NCBI GenBank assembly: GCA_964348425.1
Contig: CAYGCV010000003.1
Span: forward strand, 1 to 37,867
Length of the DNA stretch: 37,867 nt
Direction: 5' to 3'
Source of the DNA: an uncultured Vicinamibacteraceae bacterium
GTDB lineage: Bacteria; Acidobacteriota; Vicinamibacteria; Vicinamibacterales; UBA8438
Each line of letters starts with the position of its first letter. The stretch's first letter is position 1. Positions 1-8,468 of the stretch are shown one piece after another. The notes below the pieces were generated by a model. The model was not told the DNA's origin and did not search any database. It worked only from the letters and a program-made list of their open reading frames with translations. A program made the translations under genes and the position numbers.

Positions 1-2417
1 AAGACGGCGTGCGGGTTGGTCTCCATCGGGAGCGGCATGGTGGGGGTGCGCCAGGAGAACGTGTTCACGTAGACGCAACTGTAGCCGCCCTCGCAGTTGC
101 CGACCGTGAAGTTGGGCTCGAGCGCGAGCTCGAGCGACCGCAGCGGCGTGTCCGCGCCGAGCGCCCGGGCCGCGAACTGGTCGATGGTGGTCCCGGCGCG
201 GATGTCGGCGCCCTCGGTCCGCTTCGGCCGCATGCCGTTCAGCCAGACCGCGCTGGCGCGCGCATGCGTGCCGCTGCCCACGTCGAGCGGGTTGGCCTGC
301 GCGTTGGCCAGGCCGCCGAAGACGATCGTCTGCTCGCGGTACGGCTCGAGGGGCCGCAGGATAGGCGTCATCTCGTATTCGGCGCCCGCCTTGCGCGGCC
401 GGAAATTCTCCATCTGGACGCCGTTCGGCGGCGGGGCCGGCGGCGGCGCGCCCAGGATGTTCTCGAGGATCCACTTCCCGCGCAGGACGGGCGACGTCCG
501 GTTGGGGCGCGACGTGACGGTCAGGATGCTGCCGTGGCCCAGGAGCCCGCGCCGGGCGGTGCCGCGCAGGGTGACGCGCCGGAAGTGGCTGCCCCGCACG
601 CCGGGGAGGCCGTAGTGCAGCGCCAGCCGCTCGTTGACGAACGTGTAGTCGGCCGTCAGCAGCTCCAGCACGCTGCGGTCCTCGTGCAGGATGCTCGCGA
701 CGAACAGCTCCGTCTCGCGGCGGAACGCCTGCCGCAGGCTGTCGTCGAAGTCGGGGAAGAGCGGAACCGCGGGATGCGCGGCGTCGAGGTTGCGAAGCTG
801 CAGCCACTGCCCGGCGAAGTTGTCCACCAGCGCCCGCGAGCGCGGGTCCGCGAGCAGGCGGCGCACCTGCCGCGCCAGCTCCTGCGGGTCGCGCAGCTCG
901 CCGCGCTCGGCGACCGCCAGCAGCTCGTCGTCCGGGATGCTGCTCCACAGGAAGAACGACAGGCGGGAGGCCAGCTCCAGGTCGCTGACGGCGTAACTCG
1001 TCCCGGGCGCGGCGCCGGGCGGATCCCGCTCGATGCGGAACAGGAACTCCGGGCCGGTCAGCAGCCGGCTGAGCGCGAGCTCGATGCCGGCGTCGAAGCT
1101 CCCGTCGGCGCTCCCGTCGGCCCGCCCGGCCTCGAAGAACGCCAGCAGGCGGTCGACATCGTCGTCGGCGACCGGCCGGCGGTACGCGCGGCGCGCCAGC
1201 GCGGCGAGGATCGCCCGCGCGCACGGGGCCTCGTCCGCGCCGGCGGCGGGCCGGCAGGTGAAGATGCGGGCGCGGCTGGGCGTCTCGCCCGGTGTGCCGG
1301 GCGTGAACGGACCCGTGATCGTGACGCGGTCGACGAAGGGCTGGTAGATTGCCCAGCGCTGCTGCATCGAGTTGCCGTTGAGGTAGTACGGCCGGAAGAA
1401 CCGCTGCCGCAGCGACTCGACCTCGACGGCCGACGGCAGCTTGAGGAAGGCGACGCCGATCTCCCGCGGCCCGGCTTCGACCGCAATCCGGAGCCGCAGG
1501 TCCCGCGGCCCGACGCCGACCCCGTCGTGCGGATCGAGAGCGAACAGCCCGACGCGCTCGCCGTCGACCGTCACCTCCAGCTCGTGGCGATCGGCGAACC
1601 CGGCCGACCCGTCGCACTCGCCGGCGATGCGGCACAGCAGAACGACCTCGATGACGTAGTCGCCGTCCTGGGGGAACGCATGACGGACCAGCGTGCCGCC
1701 GCGGGTGCCGAACGGCAGTCCGGCGACCCGCTCGTACTGCCGCATCTCCTCCGGAATGCGGAACTCGTGCGCCGTGGGCGCGGCGAGCGGCCGCCCCACG
1801 GCCGCCCGGCTGATCTTCGCGGCCGCCGCCAGGTAGCGCTCCATGAGCGATTGGTTCAGCCTGAGCACCCCGGCGATGTTGTCGAAGCCGTAGCTGGCAT
1901 CGTCGGCCGGGAGCAGCGCGGCGTCGTCGATGTCGAGCGCCAGCAGGTCGCGGATGACGTTCGCGTACTCCGTGCGGTTCAGACGGTGAAACGTCTCCGT
2001 ACGACCCGGGTTGGGCCGCGCGGCGGCGGCCCGATCGAGCTCGCCCTCGAGCCAGGCAACCAGGCCGTCGTGCGCCGCCCGATCCGGACGCGGCCGGCCC
2101 GCGGGCGGCATCATGCCTGCGCGCAGCTTGCGCAGCACGCGCTCCCAGAGCGCCGCGTCGGCGCCCACGTCCGCGATGTCGATCGCCTGCAGCGAGACCG
2201 GCACGCTGCCGCGCCGGTGCCCGGCGTCGTTGTGGCAGGTGACGCAGTAGCGGTCGAGGAGGGTGGCCGGCGCGGCGGGGACGGCCGCGGCTGCTTCCGG
2301 TGCCTGCAGCGAACCGGCCGCCTGCACGGGGCCGAAGGCGGCCGATGCCGCGAGCCAGCACGCGATCAGGACGGGCGTCGGGAGCATGGGAATGCTCGCC
2401 TCGAACCGCTCCGGCAT
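1..2417 (-). CDS. Planctomycete-type cytochrome c / DUF1587-DUF1595-DUF1592-(partial DUF1588) protein fused in frame to a DUF1552-family protein; runs off the left edge of the window
   Basis: Read manually on the minus strand; it is absent from the ORF track because there is no stop within the window. Start ATG 2417 or 2387. Signal-like N-terminus, heme motif YCVTCHND, HRLNRTEYANVIRDLL, LPADDASYGFDNI, LASRLSFFLWSSIPDDELL, RTSPVLRGKWILENILGAPPPAPPPN, then directly GVQMENF...TPILRPLEPYRE...GTTIDQFAA...TPLRSLELALE...GNCEGGYSCVYVNTFSWRTPTMPLPMETNP (DUF1552-type). Confidence 0.85.
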   Translation of the reverse strand, partial: MPERFEASIPMLPTPVLIACWLAASAAFGPVQAAGSLQAPEAAAAVPAAPATLLDRYCVTCHNDAGHRRGSVPVSLQAIDIADVGADAALWERVLRKLRAGMMPPAGRPRPDRAAHDGLVAWLEGELDRAAAARPNPGRTETFHRLNRTEYANVIRDLLALDIDDAALLPADDASYGFDNIAGVLRLNQSLMERYLAAAAKISRAAVGRPLAAPTAHEFRIPEEMRQYERVAGLPFGTRGGTLVRHAFPQDGDYVIEVVLLCRIAGECDGSAGFADRHELEVTVDGERVGLFALDPHDGVGVGPRDLRLRIAVEAGPREIGVAFLKLPSAVEVESLRQRFFRPYYLNGNSMQQRWAIYQPFVDRVTITGPFTPGTPGETPSRARIFTCRPAAGADEAPCARAILAALARRAYRRPVADDDVDRLLAFFEAGRADGSADGSFDAGIELALSRLLTGPEFLFRIERDPPGAAPGTSYAVSDLELASRLSFFLWSSIPDDELLAVAERGELRDPQELARQVRRLLADPRSRALVDNFAGQWLQLRNLDAAHPAVPLFPDFDDSLRQAFRRETELFVASILHEDRSVLELLTADYTFVNERLALHYGLPGVRGSHFRRVTLRGTARRGLLGHGSILTVTSRPNRTSPVLRGKWILENILGAPPPAPPPNGVQMENFRPRKAGAEYEMTPILRPLEPYREQTIVFGGLANAQANPLDVGSGTHARASAVWLNGMRPKRTEGADIRAGTTIDQFAARALGADTPLRSLELALEPNFTVGNCEGGYSCVYVNTFSWRTPTMPLPMETNPHAV

Positions 2418-2476
2418 GGTATGTAACGGTTCCGGACGCTGTCAACGGCCGCGGCAGCGCGAAAGGAGAGGAGCCC

Positions 2477-3436
2477 GTGTCCAGCAAGCATGCAATCGCC
2501 GTCGGTGCGCTGGTGATCGTGCCGGTCATCGGCCTCGCGCAATCCGCCGCCGATGCGCCGCGCACGCCGTGGGGCGACCCGGACCTGCAGGGGCTCTGGA
2601 CGAACACCACCACGACCCCGCTGCAACGACCCGACGATCTCGCCGGGCAGACGGCGCTGACCGCCGAGGAGCTGGCGCTGCGCGATCCCCAGGTGGCCGC
2701 GGCCGTCAGCTTCGACGGGCCCGACGGGCGCGGCCGCGGCGGCTACAACGAATTCTGGGTCGAGCGCGGCCGCCTCCTGGCCCAGACATCGCTCATCGTC
2801 GACCCGCCGGACGGGAAGCTGCCCGTCATGACGCAGGCGGCGCAGCGCCGGCACGACGCGTTCATGGCCCGCTGGACCGCCTCGCCCACCACCTGGGAGG
2901 ACCTCAACATTCTGGACCGCTGCATCACGCGCGGCTTGCCCGGCGCCATGATCCCCGGCTTCTACAACCACAACTACCTGATTCTGCAGACGCCCGACCA
3001 CGTCGTGGTGCAGATCGAGATGGTCCACGACGCGCGCATCATCCCGCTGGACGGCCGGGCGCACCTGCCGGACCGCATTCGCCAGTGGCTGGGCGACCCG
3101 CGCGGCCGGTGGGAGGGCGACACGCTGGTGGTCGAGTCGACCAACTTCTCGCCCCGGACCGAGCAGCGCCCGAACTTCTTCGGCATCTACTTTCCCGTGT
3201 TCTCCACCGGAGGGCACCTGCGCTTCGTCGAACGGTTCACCCGCGTCGGCCCCGACACCATCGACTACCGCTTCACCGTGATCGATCCGACGGTGGACAC
3301 GCGGCCCTGGACTGCGGCGATCCCGATGACCCGGACCGAATCTCCGTTGTTCGAGTACGCGTGCCACGAGGGCAACTACGCCATGACCAACGGTCTGAGC
3401 GGCACGCGCGCCGAGCAGGCCGCGGGGGGCCGCTGA
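2477..3436 (+). CDS. Conserved secreted hypothetical protein (PRTPWGDPDLQGLW ... FEYACHEGNY family, common in Acidobacteria)
   Basis: GTG at 2477 after purine-rich SD AAAGGAGAGGAG; signal peptide; motifs LIVDPPDGKLP, DRCITRG, GDPRGRWEGDTLVVESTNF, YACHEGNY. Confidence 0.8.
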   Translation: MSSKHAIAVGALVIVPVIGLAQSAADAPRTPWGDPDLQGLWTNTTTTPLQRPDDLAGQTALTAEELALRDPQVAAAVSFDGPDGRGRGGYNEFWVERGRLLAQTSLIVDPPDGKLPVMTQAAQRRHDAFMARWTASPTTWEDLNILDRCITRGLPGAMIPGFYNHNYLILQTPDHVVVQIEMVHDARIIPLDGRAHLPDRIRQWLGDPRGRWEGDTLVVESTNFSPRTEQRPNFFGIYFPVFSTGGHLRFVERFTRVGPDTIDYRFTVIDPTVDTRPWTAAIPMTRTESPLFEYACHEGNYAMTNGLSGTRAEQAAGGR

Positions 3437-3463
3437 GCGATCGACGCCCCCCAGAGCGCAGGC

Positions 3464-3493
3464 TTGACAGATATCTGACCTTGGTGATCAGAT
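3464..3493 (+). promoter_or_regulatory. Putative promoter/operator of the vapBC-like pair
   Basis: Perfect -35 TTGACA at 3464-3469 overlaps the palindrome CAGATATCTG (3468-3477); inverted repeat ATCTGA...TCAGAT (3473-3493). No clear -10 and no SD before ATG 3500. Confidence 0.45.
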
Positions 3494-3499
3494 GTATGC

Positions 3500-3739
3500 A
3501 TGCGCACCACCTTGAACTTCGATGACCATCTGTTCCGCGAGGCGAAAGAGTGCGCCGCGCGTGAAGGGGAGACGCTGACCCGGCTGATCGAGCGGGCGTT
3601 GCGCCGCTATCTCCAGGACCGCCGCCAGCCGCGCGCGCCCTATCGGCTCGAGTTGCTGACCACCGAGGGACGTCCGACCCCGGGCGTCAACTTCGACGAC
3701 CGCGATGCCCTCCATGAATGGATGGAGGGACGCGGGTGA
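3500..3739 (+). CDS. vapB: Type II TA antitoxin, VapB / ribbon-helix-helix (DUF2191-like)
   Basis: MRTTLNFDDHLFREAKECAAREGETLTRLIERALR is a typical RHH antitoxin start; GTGA overlap with the PIN gene. Confidence 0.85.
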   Translation: MRTTLNFDDHLFREAKECAAREGETLTRLIERALRRYLQDRRQPRAPYRLELLTTEGRPTPGVNFDDRDALHEWMEGRG

Positions 3740-4161
3740 TCGCCGTCGATACCAACGTCCTGGTGCACGCGCACCGGAGCGGTTCGCCCAAGCATGCGGC
3801 GGCTCGGCGTCGCGTCGTCGCGCTGGCCGAGGGCACGCGGCGCTGGGGCATCCCGGTGTTCTGCCTCGGTGAGTTCCTGCGGGTCGTCACCCATCCCAGG
3901 CTCCTCGATCCGCACAGGGCGGACCGGGCAGGCGCCGCCCTGCAGCGCCTGCTGGCTTCCCCGAGCGTGGAGCTTCTCCTGCCGGGCCGGGCTTTCCCGA
4001 AGCTGCTGCTCGAGGCGATCCGCGAGGCTGGAGCGATTGGCAATCTCGTATTCGACGCGCAGATCGTGGCGCTCTGCCGCGAAGCGGGCGTGCGGTCGTT
4101 GCTCACCGAGGACCGGGACTTCGATCGGTTTCCAGGATTCGCTACGGAGCGGCTCGGCTAA
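3736..4161 (+). CDS. vapC: Type II TA toxin, VapC PIN-domain ribonuclease
   Basis: GTG start overlaps the antitoxin stop; PIN acidic motifs IAVDTNVLV, GEFLRVVT, FDAQIVA, TEDRDF. Confidence 0.9.
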   Translation: MIAVDTNVLVHAHRSGSPKHAAARRRVVALAEGTRRWGIPVFCLGEFLRVVTHPRLLDPHRADRAGAALQRLLASPSVELLLPGRAFPKLLLEAIREAGAIGNLVFDAQIVALCREAGVRSLLTEDRDFDRFPGFATERLG

Positions 4162-4248
4162 AGCTAAAGCCGCCCCCGGCAAGGGCGCCGCAGAAACCAC
4201 TTCCCCCGGGTGAGCTGCCGGGGTTGCGCGGCGGCAAGGAGGATCGCG

Positions 4249-4941
4249 ATGCGACAGTCGCTACTGAAACGGGCCACCGCGGAGCTGATCGCGACGTTCG
4301 GGCTGGTCTTCGCGGGAACGGGGGCCATCGTGGTGAACGAGGTCAGCGGCGGCACGGTGACGCACGTGGGGATCGGCCTGACCTTCGGCCTGGTGGTCGC
4401 GGCCATGATCCTGGCCGCGGGCCACATCTCCGGCGCACACATCAACCCCGCCGTGACCCTGGGGTTCTGGAGCACGGGGCGCTTTCCGGCCCGGGAGGTG
4501 CCGTGGTACGTGGCCGCGCAGCTCCTGGGCGCCGGCGCCGCCAGCCTGGTCATCCTGGTCCTGATCGGCGACCACGGCCGTCTCGGGGCGACGCTGCCGG
4601 CGGGGTCCGCCGGGCAATCGCTGGGCCTGGAGGTCCTGCTCACCTTCTTTCTGATGTTCGTGGTCATGGCGGTGGCGACCGATGCCCGCGCCAACGGCCA
4701 GCTCGCCGCCATCGCCGTCGGCGGCACCGTGATGCTGGAGGCGCTGTTCGCCGGTCCCATCTCGGGTGCGTCGATGAATCCGGCCCGCTCGTTCGGCCCC
4801 GCCCTGGTCGGCGGCTACTTCGCGGCCCACTGGGTGTACTGGCTGGGGCCGATCGCGGGCGCGCTGCTCGCCGGGCGGGTCTACGACTGGGTGCGTTGCG
4901 AATCGGAGGTCGAGCGGCGTCCGGGCAACGGCTGCGGCTGA
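4249..4941 (+). CDS. MIP family channel (aquaporin / NIP-like)
   Basis: SD AAGGAGG; two NPA motifs (SGAHINPAVT, GASMNPARSFGP); hydrophobic helices. Confidence 0.95.
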   Translation: MRQSLLKRATAELIATFGLVFAGTGAIVVNEVSGGTVTHVGIGLTFGLVVAAMILAAGHISGAHINPAVTLGFWSTGRFPAREVPWYVAAQLLGAGAASLVILVLIGDHGRLGATLPAGSAGQSLGLEVLLTFFLMFVVMAVATDARANGQLAAIAVGGTVMLEALFAGPISGASMNPARSFGPALVGGYFAAHWVYWLGPIAGALLAGRVYDWVRCESEVERRPGNGCG

Positions 4942-4999
4942 CGGTCGGGCGGCCGTCTCCCGGCGCCGCGGCGCCCGCGCGCGGCACGACGAGCGACCG

Positions 5000-5668
5000 T
5001 CACCCTGCAGCGCGGGAGCCGCGGCTCGCACGGAAGCAGGCGTAGTTGTCGGCGGCGGTCGGCGCCTGCAGCTCCTCCTCAAACACCCGCAGGCAGTCGG
5101 CGGCGGCGAATCCGGCGCGGCGCAGCAGGGCCAGATGGGTCGTGATCTCGAACCGGCCGGGTTCGTACTCGTGCACGGTGCCGGCCGGCTTGATGAAGTC
5201 GCCGTTCAGCAGCAGCCCCCGTCGTCCAAGGACCTTCGCGCACCCCGCGTAGACGCGCTCGACGTGGGCCGGGGCACCGAGGTCGTGGAGCGCCCACGTC
5301 GAGACGACGGCGTCCACCGGCCCGGCGAGGTCCTGCCACCAGGGGTCGGCCACGAGATCGGTCTGCGAGAAGGCGACGCGGCCCGCGTGGGAACGCAGCC
5401 GTCGGGCGGCGATGTCGAGCATCGGCCGCGAGAAATCGACGCCCTGGTAGCGCACCGCGGGGAGGGCGTCGAGCAGGTAGGCCGCGAGATGGCCCGGCCC
5501 GATGCCCAGCTCGAGGATGCGCCCGGCGCGCGGAATCCGGCTCCGCAGCTCCGCAAGCATCAGGTCGAACAGGGCGAGACGGCCGGGCGTCCGTTCGAAG
5601 CGCACCCCCCAGTGCGCAGCGTACGCCGGATCGTGGAAATCGTGGTCGGCGCCGACGACGGGCGTCAT
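5000..5668 (-). CDS. Class I SAM-dependent methyltransferase
   Basis: ATG 5668 overlaps the cyclase stop; motif I ILELGIGPG, GVDFSRPML, DAVVSTWALHDL. Confidence 0.85.
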   Translation of the reverse strand: MTPVVGADHDFHDPAYAAHWGVRFERTPGRLALFDLMLAELRSRIPRAGRILELGIGPGHLAAYLLDALPAVRYQGVDFSRPMLDIAARRLRSHAGRVAFSQTDLVADPWWQDLAGPVDAVVSTWALHDLGAPAHVERVYAGCAKVLGRRGLLLNGDFIKPAGTVHEYEPGRFEITTHLALLRRAGFAAADCLRVFEEELQAPTAADNYACFRASRGSRAAG

Positions 5669-6357
5669 GGCTGCCGCCCGCCTTCCTGCCTGGGGTACTG
5701 CCGGTCCAGCAGACCGAACGCCCGCACGGGGAACGACCCGACGCCGCGCAGCTTCACGGGGACCGCGTAGAACCGGAAGCCCTCGTCCGGCACCGCGTCC
5801 AGACCGCGGAGGTGCTCCACGACCGGTATCCCGGCGCCCAGCAGGATGGTGTGCACCGGCCGCGCGCCGTCCGCCGTGTCGTCGATGTTCAGCGAATCGA
5901 TGCCGACCAGCGCTGCCCTCTGGTCGCACAGCAGCTCCGCTGCGGCCCGCGTGAGGAAGGGATGGCCCTCCTGGTAGGCAGGCGTACGCCAATGGCGGTC
6001 CCAGCCGGTGTGCACGAGGACAGCCCGCCCCGTCACCTCGAGCCCGGCGAACCGGTTGGGGCCGACCGCCCGCATGCCGGCGGGCACGCGGCGGACGATG
6101 GCCGGCAGGTGCGCGAGCGACGCGAGATCCAGATCGGCGAGGTCGCTGCCGTCCTCGTAGCGGTGGAACGGGGCGTCGACGTAGGTGCCGGTGTTCGAAA
6201 CCAGCTCGACGCGGCCGATCTGAAAGGTCGTGCCGGCGGCGTAGCGGGCCGCGGAGTCCGCCCGCGGGAGATGGTCGCCGATGACCGGCCCGGGCAGGCC
6301 CGGATAGGTCACCATGCCGTGCTCGACGGTATGCGACAGGTCGACGAAGCGCGGCAC
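5665..6357 (-). CDS. Cyclase family protein (kynurenine formamidase-like metal hydrolase)
   Basis: FVDLSHTV, NTGTYVDAPFH, VLVHTGW, GIDSLNID, VHTILL, VVEHL, GSFPVRA; GTG 6357. Confidence 0.9.
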   Translation of the reverse strand: MPRFVDLSHTVEHGMVTYPGLPGPVIGDHLPRADSAARYAAGTTFQIGRVELVSNTGTYVDAPFHRYEDGSDLADLDLASLAHLPAIVRRVPAGMRAVGPNRFAGLEVTGRAVLVHTGWDRHWRTPAYQEGHPFLTRAAAELLCDQRAALVGIDSLNIDDTADGARPVHTILLGAGIPVVEHLRGLDAVPDEGFRFYAVPVKLRGVGSFPVRAFGLLDRQYPRQEGGRQP

Positions 6358-6359
6358 GC

Positions 6360-6782
6360 TCAGTCCTGCGGCAGCGTGTAGTTCACCATCCAGCTTATGC
6401 CGAACCGGTCGGTCCACAGGCCGTAGTACGCGCCCCAGAACGTCTCCTGCAGCGGCATCCGCACCGAGCCGCCCTCCGACAGCCTGGCGAACACCTCGTC
6501 GCAGTGCTCCCGGCTCCGCCCCTCGATGGCGATCGAGAAGTTGTTGCCGGCAACCAGCGGCGGCTCGGACGAAGTGGTCTTGTCGCTCCCCATCAGGACG
6601 CTCGAGCCGACCGGCAGCGACACGTGCATCACGCGGTCCCGGTCGCCCTCCTGCAGCGGCATGTCCGGCGGGCCGTCGGCGAACGTCTGCAGCACGGAGA
6701 ACTCGCCCCCGAAGACGGAGCGGTAGAACTCGAACGCCTCACGGCAGTTCCCGTCGAACGTCAGGTATGTATTCAGCGCCAT
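6360..6782 (-). CDS. VOC family / PhnB-like protein
   Basis: YLTFDGNCREAFEFYRSVFGG, VMHVSL, MPLQETFWGAYYG, DRFGISWMVN; SD GAGGAGG upstream. Confidence 0.9.
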   Translation of the reverse strand: MALNTYLTFDGNCREAFEFYRSVFGGEFSVLQTFADGPPDMPLQEGDRDRVMHVSLPVGSSVLMGSDKTTSSEPPLVAGNNFSIAIEGRSREHCDEVFARLSEGGSVRMPLQETFWGAYYGLWTDRFGISWMVNYTLPQD

Positions 6783-6957
6783 GCATGAGCCTCCTCGGTG
6801 TCGGGCCGGCTGCGGGGCAGGAGCCGTGCTCCGGCCGCGCCGGCCACGCATGCGAATACTACCGGGAATTTGGCCCGCGGGCGCGATGCCGTCGCGGTTG
6901 GGTCGGGCAGCACACCGCATGGCTCGCGGCGAGTCGAGACGCTGCCGCCGCGCCCGC

Positions 6958-7692
6958 CTACCCGGCACTGGTCGCAGCGAGCGCGAACCTCCGGCGATAG
7001 TGCCGAGTCCAGAGGGCGATCGCCGGCGCGCCGATGAGGGTCGGCAGGATCCAGGGCAGGACGGCGAGCGGCCCGTCAATGTCGTGGGCCCACAGGCGCT
7101 GCGAGCCGAACACGGCGAACGCGGTATGGAACGCGACACCGCCCCCGAGCATCGATCCCATGTGGCTGTAGAACCACCCCATGCGGGGCGCCGGCGCACG
7201 CATCTCCCGCAGCATGCCCAGGCCCGTGAGCGCGCCGACGGGGCTCAACCCGAGCAGGACCGGCGAGACGCCGGACCAGGCGCCGAGGGCGACCGCCACG
7301 ACCACGACGCTGCCGGCGATCGACGTCCAGGCGAGCAGCGCGTGGAACGAGGTCCGGAACGTCTCCGGCGCCTTCCGCGTCGCGACGGCGCGTAGCGCGT
7401 GGCGCACCAGGGCGAACGTCGTGACCCCGAGGTAGCCGAGGAACAGCGCGAGGCCGTACAGGTCCGGCCGTTCCGCGAAGCCGATGCCGCGGGCCTGATA
7501 CGAGACGATCCGCCCCAGGGACGCGGTGACCGCCGACAGCGTCACGACGTAGGCGCAGTACGCGTAGACCCGGCCCGCCCACACGTGGGCCGCGCCTCCC
7601 TTCCGCGCGACGACCGGCACCCAGAACGCCGCGAGCCCGATGAGCCCGGTGGCGACGTGGGCTGCGACGATGGCGTCGAGCAGCGTGGTCAT
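6958..7692 (-). CDS. Multi-pass membrane protein (DUF2306-like)
   Basis: HVATGLIGL...RKGGAAHVWAGRVY, WFYSHMGSMLGG...HTAF; about 6-7 hydrophobic segments. Confidence 0.7.
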   Translation of the reverse strand: MTTLLDAIVAAHVATGLIGLAAFWVPVVARKGGAAHVWAGRVYAYCAYVVTLSAVTASLGRIVSYQARGIGFAERPDLYGLALFLGYLGVTTFALVRHALRAVATRKAPETFRTSFHALLAWTSIAGSVVVVAVALGAWSGVSPVLLGLSPVGALTGLGMLREMRAPAPRMGWFYSHMGSMLGGGVAFHTAFAVFGSQRLWAHDIDGPLAVLPWILPTLIGAPAIALWTRHYRRRFALAATSAG

Positions 7693-7707
7693 GGGGCGGG
7701 TACCGCT

Positions 7708-8232
7708 TCAGCGCCCAACCGGAATGTGAACGCACGGCGCTACCGCCGTTGCACCGTCCAGGTGCAACTTCTCGTCGTCGAAGAAGATGTGCGGGCGGAA
7801 TATGTCGAGTATGCGCGACTTGTCCATGCCTCCCAGGAAAAAGGTCTGATCGATGGTGATGCCCCATGCGCGGAGCGACGTAACGACGCGCCTGTGCGCG
7901 GGGGCGTTCCGACTGGTGATGATGGCTACCTTGAGCCTCGATTCGTAGGCGGCAGACGATTCAGCCCGAGCCCTTTCCAGCTTCTGGAGGCGCGCGATCT
8001 TGACGAGCAGCTCCTGCAGTGGTCCTGCTTCATGGGGTTTGTACGCCTGTTCGGTCTCAGATTGATGAAACGCCTCGAGCCCCTCGGCCTGAAATATCTG
8101 CTCGGCGGTATCGTCAGCCAGGACCCCGTCGAAATCGAACGCAACACGGAGCTCGACGTCGTCGGAGTCGTCGTTGATTACGCTGTCAAGCACGAGGCCA
8201 GCTGGATATCCGGCCATGGTCGCCTCCTCCAC
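7708..8232 (-). pseudogene. C-terminal half of a 5'-nucleotidase (cytosolic 5-nucleotidase family); N-terminal part missing; lower GC than flanks
   Basis: AGYPAGLVL, LRVAFDFDGVLADD, ITSRNAPAHRRVVTSLRAWGI, FFLGGMDK, PHIFFDD, VHIP. Family members are roughly 300 aa; only about 170 aa are present here. Confidence 0.75.
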
Positions 8233-8427
8233 GCGGGCCTCCAGCCGAGGCTGCTGGATCCGAACACCGGCATTCGATTCATGTTCTCAGCGGACACAGC
8301 TCGGCGTTCGCCGAACTGCTCGAATCCCGCGGCAAGCCGCTGCGTCGGCCCCAAGAGAAAGAACTGCAGCCGGCCGGCGAGTACGTCGCTTGGCACCGCC
8401 GCGAAGTGTTCCGTGGCGAGCCCCGGA

Positions 8428-8446
8428 GCCCGGCCGCAGGCCGGGC
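8428..8446 (-). terminator. GC hairpin downstream of the PQQ-repeat gene (possible terminator or REP-like element)
   Basis: GCCCGGCC-GCA-GGCCGGGC, an 8-bp stem about 20 nt after the stop at 8469; no poly-U tail. Confidence 0.3.
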
Positions 8447-8468
8447 CTGATTCAACCCTCCGGCGGCC

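Noticed and set aside
9-2426. 805-aa plus-strand ORF
   Set aside because: Antisense shadow of the minus-strand DUF1592/DUF1552 gene; no motifs. Long shadow ORFs are expected at this GC content.
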